A DNA stretch of 64,000 nt from an uncultured Gemmatimonadales bacterium (GCA_963695185.1 CAVOGH010000002.1:193216-257215); one strand, 5' to 3'. Positions 34,165-44,285 are shown, counted from the first letter of the stretch. Numbers and translations: made by a program. Notes: generated from the letters alone by a model not told the origin.

Positions 34165-35487
34165 TCAAGGCGCGGGATCGCTCCCGCCACCGGGGTAGAT
34201 CGCGCCCCGCTTCATCACCTCGTGGACACCCGCCACGTTGCCGATATCGGCGAGCGGATCGGCGTCGAGAATGACCAGATCCGCCAGCTTCCCCGCCTCG
34301 ACCGTTCCCCGGTCCCCCTGAGCGCCAAGCGCCCTCGCGGCATCGAGCGTCGCGGCGCGGAGCGCCGCGGCGGCGCCCAGTCCCGCGTCCCCCGCCAGCC
34401 GGCGGAGTTCCTCGGGCAGGTTGGGCGCCGTCCAGCCACCCTCGTCACCCACGCCGAGGGAGTCGGTGCCGGCCACGATCGTCACCCCCATCCGATGCGC
34501 CCGCCGGGTGAGCTCGGCGGCGAGGAGATAGAGCCGCTGGCGGTCTTCAGGATAGATGAACAGGGTGGGCTCGAAGCTGGTGCCGCGGCGGCGCATGATC
34601 GCGAAGAGCGAGTCGAAGGCGGGGGAGTCGAAGCGGCCCCGCACCACGCCGCTGGAATCTGCCAGCCGGGCGGCGTAGCCGTCCCGTCCCGGTTCGCGCG
34701 CGAGCAGCGATGCGTGGGACACCACATCCACTCCGGCCGAGACCATCTGCCGGGGTGACACCTCGCCCATCGCCGCGTGGGCCCAGACGAGCAGGTGCTG
34801 GCGATGCGCCTCGGCGGTGATGGCGGCGACGATCCCGGGGGTCAGTGCCGCATACAGCTTGATGGCCGTGGCACCGGTGCCGCGGGCCTCCGCGACCGCC
34901 TGGTGGAGGTCGGTGGTGGAGTCGACGCTCCGCATCCACGGCAACGAGCCGGGCGTCGCGCCGGCACTGGCCGACGCGGTGCGTGGATCGGCGAAGAAGG
35001 CCGGGCCGGCCCACAAGGCGGCGTAGTAGACGTCGGGAGCGGCGATGTCGCCGACCCGGGCGTCCCGTTGCAGCGACGCCAGCGCCCGCACGTCGCCGGC
35101 CATGTCGCGGACGGCGGTGATCCCCCCGAGCAGCGCCCGGCAGAGCCGCCGCTCGGTGCGGGCACGCGAGTCCTCTCCGGAGGGATCGGTGGCCACGTGC
35201 ACATGGGTATCGATGAGGCCGGGGATCGCGTACTTCCCGGTCAAGGGATGGACGATGGTGCTCTCCGGAAGCGCCTGCGTGCCGTCCGCAAAGATCGCGG
35301 CGATCCGCCCGTCCCGGATGAGGATGGTCGTGCCAGCCCGGGCGGCGGAACCGGTGCCGTCCCACAGAGTCAGACCGGTGAGTGCGCGGAAGCCCGCGGC
35401 CGGGTGGCGCGGGGTACAGTCGGACTGGGCCGAGGCGGAGGAGGCCAGCAGCAGCGCGCCGCCGGCCAGCGAGAGGAGTCGTCGCAC
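34165..35487 (-). CDS. Amidohydrolase family protein (metal-dependent hydrolase), secreted
   Basis: GTG start giving the signal peptide RRLLSLAGGALLLASSASAQ. Also GLIDTHVHV metal-binding motif, ...VSHASLL..., and GTDS near the C-terminus. Confidence 0.8.
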   Translation of the reverse strand: MRRLLSLAGGALLLASSASAQSDCTPRHPAAGFRALTGLTLWDGTGSAARAGTTILIRDGRIAAIFADGTQALPESTIVHPLTGKYAIPGLIDTHVHVATDPSGEDSRARTERRLCRALLGGITAVRDMAGDVRALASLQRDARVGDIAAPDVYYAALWAGPAFFADPRTASASAGATPGSLPWMRSVDSTTDLHQAVAEARGTGATAIKLYAALTPGIVAAITAEAHRQHLLVWAHAAMGEVSPRQMVSAGVDVVSHASLLAREPGRDGYAARLADSSGVVRGRFDSPAFDSLFAIMRRRGTSFEPTLFIYPEDRQRLYLLAAELTRRAHRMGVTIVAGTDSLGVGDEGGWTAPNLPEELRRLAGDAGLGAAAALRAATLDAARALGAQGDRGTVEAGKLADLVILDADPLADIGNVAGVHEVMKRGAIYPGGGSDPAP

Positions 35488-35516
35488 GAACGTCGGCGCG
35501 TCGGCGGAGGCGGGGC

Positions 35517-36188
35517 TCAGCGATCCCGGGACTTGTCGAGCATCGCGTCCCAGGCCCGCTGGATGGCGCGGGAGGAACCGACGCCCACCGCCAGGGCAAA
35601 GGCCACGCCGATCGCGCCGAAGCCGATCAGAAAGGCGGCCAGCACGATCTGCCGGGCGAAGTTGAGCTGCCACAGCGCCAGCGCGCCCACCACCGCCAGC
35701 AGCGCCCCCTTGAAGATCTTGGAGACCAGCCGGGCCCGGCCCACCCCTTCTTCCTCCAGCGTGCCTTCCACCCGGTCGGCCAGGGCGTTGGCGAGCAGCA
35801 CGCCAACGCCGGCGATGGCGAGCACCATGACCAGGTTGGGAAGGTAGAACAGGAACTGGTCCAGCAGGCGGGACAGGACGATGAGGCCCCAGATCTGCAG
35901 GGCGTTATCGAGGAACACCAGCACCACCAGCGCCATGACGATGCTGCCCACCAGGCCGTACAGGGAAGCGCGCACGTCGCCCTTGGCAAACGCCGCACGC
36001 CACGACTGGGTGCCGCCGAGCCGATCCAGGCGCAGCCAGACGAGCGCGCGGATGAGGGCGCGTTTGGCCAGCCACCCGACGCCCACGCCGACCGCCAGCA
36101 GCACCAGGCCGGCCGCGAGCGTGGGGAGATACTCGGCGAGCCGGCTCTGGAACTCGGCGAGGGTACCGGAAGTGGGAATCTGGGTCAT
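35517..36188 (-). CDS. Integral membrane protein with repeated TM-helix modules
   Basis: 223 aa with 5-6 hydrophobic segments. 3-nt gap to the upstream APC-Usp gene. Confidence 0.55.
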   Translation of the reverse strand: MTQIPTSGTLAEFQSRLAEYLPTLAAGLVLLAVGVGVGWLAKRALIRALVWLRLDRLGGTQSWRAAFAKGDVRASLYGLVGSIVMALVVLVFLDNALQIWGLIVLSRLLDQFLFYLPNLVMVLAIAGVGVLLANALADRVEGTLEEEGVGRARLVSKIFKGALLAVVGALALWQLNFARQIVLAAFLIGFGAIGVAFALAVGVGSSRAIQRAWDAMLDKSRDR

Positions 36189-36191
36189 GGC

Positions 36192-38438
36192 CTACTTCCT
36201 CGAGAAGAAGACGTCCTCATGCCCGCGGGCGCGCTGTTCTTCCACGGCCCGCACCACGATGACGGGATTACGCTGGCGGCTGGCAATGAGCGCGGGAATA
36301 GTCTGGCCCACCAGCGGCGTCAGCGGTCCGCTGGAGGGGGCGCCGATCAGCACCAGCTCCCCTTCCTCGATCGTCCGGAGCAGTCCGCTGGCCGGGTCCC
36401 GCCGCCGGTGCACTTCAAGCTCCTGTTCCAGCTCCGCCCCTTCCAGCACCGCCCGCCCCTCGGCGATCCGCTGCTCCGCTTCGGCATCGGTGAGGGTCCG
36501 GTCCACGATCGTGACCGGACGGATGCCGGCCTTGAACCAGCCGCCGAAGGCGGGCGCCAGCCGCGCCGCCAGGGTCGAGTTGGCGCCCCGGGTGACCGGC
36601 ACGATCACCCGCTGCACGGTGTCCGGCCGGACCAGACCGTAGACCACCGCCATCTGGCAGGGCGCGTCCTCCAGCACATGTTCCACCACCGAGGGCAGCA
36701 GCCGCTCCAGCACGGACTGCGGCCGGGGCTGCCCCATGACGAGGAAATTGCAGTCGGCCTCGCGCGCGGCCTGCACCAGGGCGGAGCTCACGCGGCGGCC
36801 GATCTCCACCACCGGCCGCACTTCCATCCCGCGCTCCCGGCCGTAGCGCACCGCCGTTTCCAGCCGCTGCTCCACCCCCGGCGGCAGGGCCCGGCCGGCG
36901 CTGATCGGCTCGCCCTCCGGCACCTCCACGACCGTCACCGCGACGACCTCTCCCTGGTGCGTCCGGGCGATGGCCAGGGCGGTCTCCATCAGGCTCGGCA
37001 GGTTGTCCGTGTCGGCCAGGGCGACCATCACCCGGTATTCATCGCGCTGGATCCGCTCCATCCACGAGGTGCGGGCCTGGAAGGCGGTTTCCCGCTTGCG
37101 GCTGTAGAGCACGTAGAAGAACCAGCCCGCCACCATCCAGCCCCCGGCCGCCAGCCAGGCGAGCGGATAGCCCACGAACATAAACACCGCCACGAACAGC
37201 ATCGCGGCGATCGCCACGATCGGGGTGAGCGGGACAAGCGGCACCTTGTAGCCGCGGTCCAGGTCGGGGCGCAGCTTCCGGAGCCGGATCAGGGCGATGT
37301 TCACCCCGCCGAAGAGCAGCAGGAACATCACACTCGCCGCGGCCGCCACGTCCTCGATCGGCAGGAGGATGGCCATGGCGATGATCAGCAGCGTCGAGGC
37401 CAGGATGGCCACGTGCGGCGTGCCGCGGGTGGGGTGCACCCTGGCCATCGCCTGCGGCAGGCTGGCATCGCGTGCCATGGCAAACGCCACCCGGGAGGAG
37501 GAATAGATCGTGGCGTTGAGCGCCGAGAGCGTAGAGAGCAGACCACCCACCAGGATCACGATCCCGCCGCCAACGATGAACTGATCGGCCGCGGCCACCA
37601 GCGCGACCTCCTTTTCCTCCCCCAGAAACTGGGTCACCGGCACGCCGGCCGGCGGGGTCACCGCGCCGATGGCCACCAGCGCCACCAGCAGGTAGATCGG
37701 AATCACGATCAGCAGCGAGAGGAACACCGCCCGGGGCACGTTACGCTTGGGATCTTCCACCTCCTCGCTGGTCTGGGCGACGATCTCGTAGCCCTGGAAG
37801 GCGATGAAGGTGAGTCCCATGGCCGCGAATACCCCGCCCCAGCCGTTGGCGACGAACGGCGTGAACGATCCCTGCCAGCCGGTGCGCTGGGCCATGGTCC
37901 AGAGTCCTGCGGCGATGAAGGCCCCGATGATCGCGATCTTGCCGATGGTGACGACGTTGCCGGCCTTGCCCGCCTCCGAGGCGCCCCGGTAATTGATGAA
38001 GGCGAAGACGGCGCAGGCGCCGACAGCCAGCCAGATCTCCAGAGATGCGAGCGGCGGATGGACTTCCGGAATGCCCATCACCACGAGCACTTCCTTGAAG
38101 TAGGCTCCGAAGCCGAGGGCATAGAGCGAGCAGGCCACGGCGTGGGCAAACCAGTCCATCCAGCCGGCCAGGAAGCCGCTGGGATCGGGGAGGGACTGCT
38201 TGATCCAGAGGTAGCCGCCGCCGGCGCCGTGCACGGCACCGCCCAGTTCGGCGTAGGCCATGGCGGTGAGCAGTGCCACGAAGCCGTTGAGCAGGAAGAC
38301 CAGCAGCAGCGCCGGGCCCGCCACCCCGGCGGCGATGCCGGTCAGCACGAAGATGCCGGCGCCGATCATGGCGCCGACCCCGATCATCGTGACATCCATC
38401 AGCCGCATCTCGCGGCTGAGGCGTACTTCGACGGCCAT
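36192..38438 (-). CDS. APC-family amino acid permease fused to two universal stress protein (Usp) domains
   Basis: MIGVGAMIGAGIFVLTG, AELGGAVHGAGGGYLW and 12 TM segments. The C-terminal half has two Usp-like modules (YRVMVALADTDN...; QRVIVPVTRGANS...GAPSSGPL). Confidence 0.8.
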   Translation of the reverse strand: MAVEVRLSREMRLMDVTMIGVGAMIGAGIFVLTGIAAGVAGPALLLVFLLNGFVALLTAMAYAELGGAVHGAGGGYLWIKQSLPDPSGFLAGWMDWFAHAVACSLYALGFGAYFKEVLVVMGIPEVHPPLASLEIWLAVGACAVFAFINYRGASEAGKAGNVVTIGKIAIIGAFIAAGLWTMAQRTGWQGSFTPFVANGWGGVFAAMGLTFIAFQGYEIVAQTSEEVEDPKRNVPRAVFLSLLIVIPIYLLVALVAIGAVTPPAGVPVTQFLGEEKEVALVAAADQFIVGGGIVILVGGLLSTLSALNATIYSSSRVAFAMARDASLPQAMARVHPTRGTPHVAILASTLLIIAMAILLPIEDVAAAASVMFLLLFGGVNIALIRLRKLRPDLDRGYKVPLVPLTPIVAIAAMLFVAVFMFVGYPLAWLAAGGWMVAGWFFYVLYSRKRETAFQARTSWMERIQRDEYRVMVALADTDNLPSLMETALAIARTHQGEVVAVTVVEVPEGEPISAGRALPPGVEQRLETAVRYGRERGMEVRPVVEIGRRVSSALVQAAREADCNFLVMGQPRPQSVLERLLPSVVEHVLEDAPCQMAVVYGLVRPDTVQRVIVPVTRGANSTLAARLAPAFGGWFKAGIRPVTIVDRTLTDAEAEQRIAEGRAVLEGAELEQELEVHRRRDPASGLLRTIEEGELVLIGAPSSGPLTPLVGQTIPALIASRQRNPVIVVRAVEEQRARGHEDVFFSRK

Positions 38439-38757
38439 GAACGCTCCGCATGGCTGGCCGGACGAGGATACCGGCCGGACACCGGGTCGGCAAGGAGGAC
38501 CGGCGCCGCATCCACGGCCGATCCGCCAGAAAATCGGCCGGGGTCGACATCTCCGGTCCACGATGCCATGTTGCAAAGGCGGGGCATCGCGCCCCGCCGT
38601 TCACCCGGACCTCGGGCGCACCATCAGCCGCAGTGCCCACCTGCCGAAGGAAGCGCGCCGACCCGGCGCCGCTCGCCATCCGGCCCTTCCTCACCCAGGG
38701 CACGCCTGATCTGCCCGGAGCACCGGCGAATTTTCCTCGCCGTGAAGGAGGTTCATC

Positions 38758-39201
38758 ATGCCAGCATCCACAATGATTCCCGAAAAGCAGCTGATCGAAG
38801 CGGCCAAGGCCCCGGTCCAGGCCTACAACGACAAGAAGTGGGACGCCGTGAAGGCGTCGGTCACCCCCGATATCGTCTACGACGAGGTCGCCACCGGACG
38901 CAAGGTCCGCGGCACGGACGATGTCCTCACCCTGTGGAAGGGCTGGGCGGCGGCATTCCCAGACTCGAAGGCCTCCTTCGACGCCGCTCACGTCAGCGGC
39001 GACAAGGTCGTGCTCGAGGTCACCTGGCGCGGCACCCACTCAGGCCCGATGCAAACCCCCAAGGGGCCGATCCCGCCGACCGGCAAGCAGATCCAGATGC
39101 GCTCCTGCATCATCTGCGAGATGGCCGGGGAGAAGACCAGGGTTCAGCGGCAGTACTTCGACATGGCCACGATGTTCCAGCAGCTGGGCATCGGCGGCTG
39201 A
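38758..39201 (+). CDS. SnoaL-like / ester cyclase family protein
   Basis: 147 aa: ...YNDKKWDAVKASVTPDIVYDEVATGRKVRG...VTWRGTHSGPMQTPKGPIPPTGKQIQMRSCIICEM. GGAGG lies upstream. Confidence 0.65.
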   Translation: MPASTMIPEKQLIEAAKAPVQAYNDKKWDAVKASVTPDIVYDEVATGRKVRGTDDVLTLWKGWAAAFPDSKASFDAAHVSGDKVVLEVTWRGTHSGPMQTPKGPIPPTGKQIQMRSCIICEMAGEKTRVQRQYFDMATMFQQLGIGG

Positions 39202-39349
39202 GCGCCGCGCGCCACCGCTGGATGAAGCTGGCCGGGGGGCTCCGCCGAGGAGCCCCCCGGTTGTGTCTGGCCATGCCGTTGCTCGACTGGCGGGGGCTCA
39301 CCAGCCGGGCCAGATTGCGACTCTACACCATGACCAGCGACCCTGCCGC

Positions 39350-40301
39350 ATGATGCCTCCGCTCTCCCGACGGAGCCTCCTCCAGCGACTCGCCTTCGCG
39401 GGTGCGCTGCTCACCCTTCCGGGCCCACTGCGGGCGTGCAGTGGAGAACGGAACCGCGGCCCGGACAGGGATTCCGGGCCGGACCCGGATCACGAGCGGT
39501 TGGCCGACTGGACGGGGAGGGTGCGCGCCGATGGCCTGACCTCGGGTGGTGTCCCGCTTGGCCGGGGCGCGGTCCGCGTCGGTGAGCTGGCAGCCGGCAC
39601 GCCGTACGTGCCGGGCACCCTGGACGCCTATATCGGGGCTGGCAGCGCCCCACCAGCACTCGAGCCGCTCGCGCTCTCCCTCACCCGCTTTGACTGCGTC
39701 ACCCTGGTGGAAGCCTGCCTGGCTGTGGCGCGGGACGCGCGCGCTCGGGGAGAACCGACGTGGGGGCGCTTCGGTCGGGAGGTGGAGTTGATGCGCTACC
39801 GGCAGGGAGTGCGGCAGGGCTACGCGTCCCGGCTGCACTACTTCAGCGAGTGGATCAGCGACGGCGCGGCCCGTGGCCTGGTGCGGGATGTGGGGGCCGA
39901 GCTGGGTGGGGTGGAGGACACCCGCCCACTCCGATTCATGACCGAGCATCGGAGCAGCTACCCCGCCCTGACCAGCGCCACAGTGTTCGACGAGATCGGT
40001 GTGCTGGAGCGCAGTCTGGACGGAGCGCCCCGGCGAGTGGTCCCGGCTGACCGCATCGCCGAGAGGTCGGGCCAGATCGAGACCGGCGACGTGCTGGCGT
40101 TTCGCCACCGCGATCCCCGGGCTGGACGTGACCCACGCCGCCTTCGCCTACCGGGACCGAGCCGGCATCCTGCGGGTGCTGCACGCTCCGCTCTCGGGTG
40201 GGGTGGTAGAGATCACCCGCAGCACGCTGTCGCAATACGTGGCCGCGATCCGGCGCTGTACCGGAGTGCTGGTGGCACGGCCGCTGGGGATGGCGGTGTG
40301 A
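39350..40301 (+). pseudogene. DUF1460-like (amidase-like) secreted protein, frame disrupted near 40098-40106
   Basis: Tat-like signal MMPPLSRRSLLQRLAFAGA, then FDCVTLVEACLA and RLHYFSEWISD. After ...IETGDVLAF, homology continues in ORF 39999..40301 (ATAIPGLDVTHAAFAYRDRAGILRVLHAP...). Confidence 0.6.
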
Positions 40302-40705
40302 CCGCACCACTGCCAGACGGCACCCGGCGAGCCTGGACGGTAGCGTACTGGGGCCTGACGGTGGCGTTTCTGGTCACCGGGTTCATCAGCATGTACCGGA
40401 TCCGGGCCGGATTCCTCTCCAACTACGCCGCCGACCTCACCTGCCCCGCCTGGCTGTACATAGGCATTCGGGGACCCCACCGCACCAATCGACCCAGCAG
40501 GTTCGGGCAGTTCTTCGGGGCCACGCCGGAGCGGGCTGCCCTGGTCATCTTCGGGGGCAGCGCGCTGACCGAACTGAGCCAGATCTGGTGGCCGCATGGG
40601 TTCTTCCGGGGCGCATTCGATCCCTACGATATTCTTGCCTATGCGGTCGGGGTGGGGGTTCCCTACCTCGTTGAGAAAGTCACTACTTCCAATCGGCATC
40701 GATGA
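40298..40705 (+). CDS. Small membrane protein of unknown function
   Basis: GTG start overlapping the upstream stop (GTGA). 3-4 hydrophobic segments. ATGA overlap with the downstream aldo/keto reductase. Confidence 0.45.
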   Translation: MTAPLPDGTRRAWTVAYWGLTVAFLVTGFISMYRIRAGFLSNYAADLTCPAWLYIGIRGPHRTNRPSRFGQFFGATPERAALVIFGGSALTELSQIWWPHGFFRGAFDPYDILAYAVGVGVPYLVEKVTTSNRHR

Positions 40706-41727
40706 CAACCCAGAACTCCTCCCTTCCCACCCGCCCGCTCGGCACCAGCGGCCTGGCCATCACCCCCGTGGGCTTCGGCGCCTGGGCCATCGGCGGCGGC
40801 GACTGGGCCTTCGGCTGGGGGCCGCAGGACGACGCCGACTCGATCGCGGCGATGCGCCACGCCGTCGAGCGCGGCATCAACTGGATCGACACCGCCGCGG
40901 TGTATGGACTGGGGCATTCCGAGGAAGTCGTCGGCCGGCTGCTCAAGCAGCTCCGGCCGGCCGAGCGGCCGTTGCTGTTCACCAAGGGCGGGATGGTCTG
41001 GGACGAGGCCAACCGCATGGCCGAGCCGGCCCGTACCCTCGCCCCCAGCTCGATCCGGGCCGAGTGTGAGGCATCACTCCGGCGGCTGGGGGTGGAGCAG
41101 ATAGACCTGTATCAGTTCCACTGGCCTGACGCGGGCGGGACTCCGGTCGAGGAATCCTGGGCGGAGATGGTGCGACTGGTAGAGGCGGGCAAGGTGCGCG
41201 CGATCGGGGTGTCCAACTTCGATCTCCCGCTGCTGGAGCGCTGCCGGAGGATCCGGCAGGTGGACACGCTGCAGCCGCCATTCTCCCTGATCCGGCGCAA
41301 GGCAGGCGAGGCACTGCTGCCGTGGTGCGCGGCCCACGGCACCGGGGTGATCGTCTACAGCCCGATGCAGGCCGGGATCCTGACCGACAGCTTCGGCCAC
41401 GCCCGGGTCGCCGCCCTCGCGCCCAACGACTGGCGGCGCGGCACCAAGGAGTACCAGTCCCCCAACCTGGAGCGGAACATCGCCTTCAGGGACGCGCTGG
41501 TCCCGATCGCCACCCGGCACGGGACCACGGTGGCCTCGGTGGCCGTCGCGTGGACCCTGTCCTGGCCGGGAGTGTCGGGCGCGATCGTCGGCGCCCGCTC
41601 GCCGGCGCAGGTGGACGGCTGGCTCGGTGCCGCGGCGCTCTCGCTCACCGCCGCCGACCTGGACGAGATCGCCGTCGCGCTGGAGCGAACGGGGGCCGGC
41701 GTTGGACCGGTCCGGGCCGGCCGGTAG
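40702..41727 (+). CDS. Aldo/keto reductase
   Basis: LGTSGLAITPVGFGAWAIGG, IDTAAVYGLGHSEEVVG, DLYQFHWPD, GVSNF. Confidence 0.9.
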   Translation: MTTQNSSLPTRPLGTSGLAITPVGFGAWAIGGGDWAFGWGPQDDADSIAAMRHAVERGINWIDTAAVYGLGHSEEVVGRLLKQLRPAERPLLFTKGGMVWDEANRMAEPARTLAPSSIRAECEASLRRLGVEQIDLYQFHWPDAGGTPVEESWAEMVRLVEAGKVRAIGVSNFDLPLLERCRRIRQVDTLQPPFSLIRRKAGEALLPWCAAHGTGVIVYSPMQAGILTDSFGHARVAALAPNDWRRGTKEYQSPNLERNIAFRDALVPIATRHGTTVASVAVAWTLSWPGVSGAIVGARSPAQVDGWLGAAALSLTAADLDEIAVALERTGAGVGPVRAGR

Positions 41728-41965
41728 GAATCGGGCGGTGGGGTGTTTGGTGCCCTACCCCCTCTTGCCAGATCCGGCCCCAGGCTTCACTGTAGAGGCA
41801 CGGGCGGCGGTCCACGCCCCACCTCGTTGACCCTCCCCCAGCGTGGGTCCTCGTCGAGGCAAAGGGGGGCATACTCCCGGATCCTGGCTCATCGAATCCT
41901 TTGCGTCGCCATGAGCGTCGCCGCTGGGGGGTGTCTGCCCGTGGCCTGACCAGAGGATTCCTCCG

Positions 41966-42670
41966 ATGCCCGTCCAGAAAGACCTCAAGCGCCTGATCCG
42001 CGCCCGCATGCAGAAGACCGGCGAGGCCTATACCGCGGCCCGCCGCCAACTCCTCTCCCGCAAGCCGAATTCCTCGCCCGTCACGGCGTCGCTGGCCGCG
42101 GCCTCACCCGCGCCCGCCGACTTCGCCCGCCTCGCCGGCATGAGCGACTCGGCGGTCAAGGCCAAGACCGGCTGCGATTGGGGGCGCTGGGTCTATGCCC
42201 TCGACCGCGCCGGTGCATCGGCGTGGTCCCATCGCGAAATCGCGGCGCATGTGCAGAAGTCCTACAAGCTTCCCGGCTGGTGGAGCCAGACCGTGACGGT
42301 GGGTTACGAGCGCATCAAGGGGTTGCGCGCCATCGGGCAGCGCCGCGATGGCGGCTTCGAGGCCAGCAAGAGCAAGACCTTCCAGCTGCCGGTCTCCAAA
42401 CTCTACCGCGCCTTTCGCGACGCCCGGCTCCGGGGCCGATGGCTGCCGGATGCGGCCCCCACGGTCCGGACAGCCACGAAGGACAAGTCGCTCCGGCTCA
42501 CCTGGCCCGACGGTACCCGGGTGGAGGCCAACTTTTCTTCCAAGGGACGCGGCAGGGCCCAGGTGCAGCTGCAGCACGGAGTGTTCGCGGACAAGGCGTC
42601 CGCGACCCGGGCGAAGAAGCTCTGGGAGGAGCGGCTGAAGGAGCTGGAGCGCTGGAGCGCGACGGGATAG
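41966..42670 (+). CDS. Hypothetical protein (DUF4287-like N-terminal region plus SRPBCC-like C-terminal half)
   Basis: MSDSAVKAKTGCDWGRWVYALD...WSHREIAAHV...GWWSQTVTVGYERIKG. The stop TAG is part of a TAGGCGAG octamer unit. Confidence 0.5.
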   Translation: MPVQKDLKRLIRARMQKTGEAYTAARRQLLSRKPNSSPVTASLAAASPAPADFARLAGMSDSAVKAKTGCDWGRWVYALDRAGASAWSHREIAAHVQKSYKLPGWWSQTVTVGYERIKGLRAIGQRRDGGFEASKSKTFQLPVSKLYRAFRDARLRGRWLPDAAPTVRTATKDKSLRLTWPDGTRVEANFSSKGRGRAQVQLQHGVFADKASATRAKKLWEERLKELERWSATG

Positions 42671-42696
42671 GCGAGCGGCCACAGAGCACAGGGGGA

Positions 42697-42799
42697 GCAA
42701 GCGCCCTTGCGCGCAGCGAGGAGGATACCCGCGCCGCTGGGCGATCTCACCGATCCCTTGCGGCCGGGTCTCCGACGAGACGTGCGCAGGGGCGCTTGC
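42697..42799 (-). repeat. Structured intergenic element, copy A (core at 42732-42765 on the minus strand), 70 nt downstream of the gdh stop
   Basis: Minus-strand core GGCCGCAAGGGATCGGTGAGATCGCCCAGCGGCG; arms GCAAGCGCCCCTGCGC/GCGCAAGGGCGCTTGC (15 of 16 paired). Confidence 0.7.
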
Positions 42800-42869
42800 C
42801 CTCACCTCGGCTGATCGCCGGGTTCCCATCGCCCTCGCACACGGAGCGTCGCGTCGCCGAAGCGCCGCC

Positions 42870-44285
42870 CTACGGAAAGATTCCGCCCTGCTCGTAGCTC
42901 AGCGCCACCTTGTCGATGGCCACGATCATCGCCGCGGTGCGCATGTCGATCTTGCCCTTGCGGCTCTTCCATTCGTTCCGGACGGCCTGGTAGGCGTAGA
43001 TCATCGTCTCCTCCAGCCCGCTGTTGACCAGGTCCTCTTCATCCGGCCCCCGGGCGATCAGCTCCGCCTCGGCGGGTGGCAGGCGCTTCCCGGTCATCCC
43101 CGAGACCGCCTCGAGGAGCCGCTCCGAGGCGCCCTGCTCGAACCGCTTCTGCATCCGCCCAAAGCGGACGTGCCCGAGGTTCTTGACCCACTCGAAATAG
43201 CTCACCGTGACGCCGCCGGCGTTGATGAGCGCGTCGGGGATGACCATGACCCCGTTCCTGGTGAAGACCTCATCGGCCTCCGGCGTGGTGGGGCCGTTGG
43301 CGCCCTCGGCGATGATCTTGGCCTTGATGCGCGGGGCGTTGTCGCCGGTGATCTGCCGTTCCAGCGCCGCTGGAACCAGAATGTCGCAGTCGAGCTCGAG
43401 CCCGGCGGGCCCGCTGGCAAGATCCTTGGCCCCGGGGAAACCCAGCATCGAGCCGGTCTCCCGGCGGTGGGTCATGACGGCCTCGATGTCGAGTCCCTTC
43501 TCGTTGGCGATGGCCCCCTCCCGCTCCACCAGGCCCACCAGCACCGCTCCGCCCTCCTGGAAAAACTTGGCGGCGTGGTAGCCGACGTTGCCCAGACCCT
43601 GCACCACGACCCGCTTCCCCTGGAGCCCCGTGCCCAGGCCGAGCTTCTTCATGTCCTCGGCGCTGCGGCAGGCCTCACGGACGGTGAAGAAGACGCCCCG
43701 GCCGGTGGCCTCGGTGCGGCCACGGATGCCGCCGCCGCTCACCGGCTTGCCGGTGACACAGCCCACCGCGTCGAGTTCGCCGTTCTTGAGGGCGGAGTAG
43801 GTGTCGGCGATCCAGGCCATCTCCCGGGGGCCGGTGCCCATGTCGGGGGCGGGGACGTCGAGACCGGGACCGATGAAATTCTTCTTGACCAGCTCGAAGA
43901 TGTAGCGCCGGGTGATCCGCTCCAGCTCGCCGGCGGAGTACTGCTTGGGGGCGATGCGCACCCCGCCCTTGGCCCCGCCGAAGGGCACATCCACCAGGGC
44001 GCATTTCCACGTCATCAGCGAGGCCAGGGCCTGTATCTCGTCCGCGTCCACGTCGGCGGCGTAGCGGATGCCGCCCTTGCAGGGGAGCTTGTGATGGCTG
44101 TGCTCGGCCCGCCAGGCGTGGATGACCTCGATGGTGCCGTCATCCTTCTTGATGGGGAAGGAGGTGTAGTAGACGTTCCGGCACACGCGGAGGTTCACGA
44201 GGAGACTCGGGTCGTGATTGGTGTAGGCCGCGGCCCGGTCGAAACTCTGGTTGACCTGCTCGAGGAACTTGGTGCCGATGGACAT
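42870..44285 (-). CDS. gdh: Glutamate dehydrogenase (Glu/Leu/Phe/Val dehydrogenase family)
   Basis: KGGIRY, VPFGGAKGGV, GPGLDVPAPDMGT and the Rossmann motif VVVQGLGNVGYH. Confidence 0.9.
   Translation of the reverse strand: MSIGTKFLEQVNQSFDRAAAYTNHDPSLLVNLRVCRNVYYTSFPIKKDDGTIEVIHAWRAEHSHHKLPCKGGIRYAADVDADEIQALASLMTWKCALVDVPFGGAKGGVRIAPKQYSAGELERITRRYIFELVKKNFIGPGLDVPAPDMGTGPREMAWIADTYSALKNGELDAVGCVTGKPVSGGGIRGRTEATGRGVFFTVREACRSAEDMKKLGLGTGLQGKRVVVQGLGNVGYHAAKFFQEGGAVLVGLVEREGAIANEKGLDIEAVMTHRRETGSMLGFPGAKDLASGPAGLELDCDILVPAALERQITGDNAPRIKAKIIAEGANGPTTPEADEVFTRNGVMVIPDALINAGGVTVSYFEWVKNLGHVRFGRMQKRFEQGASERLLEAVSGMTGKRLPPAEAELIARGPDEEDLVNSGLEETMIYAYQAVRNEWKSRKGKIDMRTAAMIVAIDKVALSYEQGGIFP

Noticed and set aside
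38578-38598. A strong GC hairpin, GGCGGGGC-N5-GCCCCGCC, that looks like an intrinsic terminator.
   Set aside because: It lies between two divergently transcribed genes (starts at 38438 and 38758), so it terminates nothing obvious, and it has no T-tract. Its function is unknown.
35382-39353. 1323-aa ORF on the plus strand, the longest in the track. Similar long ORFs are 254..1327(-), 6287..7807(-), 9257..11008(-), 10999..12123(-), 15422..17653(+), 20279..22405(+), 23877..25214(+), 34777..35847(+), 43170..44342(+), 45869..47263(-), 47957..49174(-), 51038..52729(-), 52465..54123(+), 56631..57821(-), 58355..59728(+), 60818..62686(-) and 62758..63975(-).
   Set aside because: Each lies antisense to, or out of frame with, a gene that has clear family motifs. 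Their translations are Arg/Gly/Pro/His/Ala-rich low-complexity strings with no recognisable domains, as expected for stop-poor shadow frames in very GC-rich DNA.
6092-40106. Programmed ribosomal frameshifting or transcriptional slippage as the cause of the frame breaks.
   Set aside because: The breaks occur in eight unrelated genes and lack shared slippery heptamers or downstream structures. They include three in one gene. Insertion-type sequence errors, or less likely recent pseudogenisation, explain them better.
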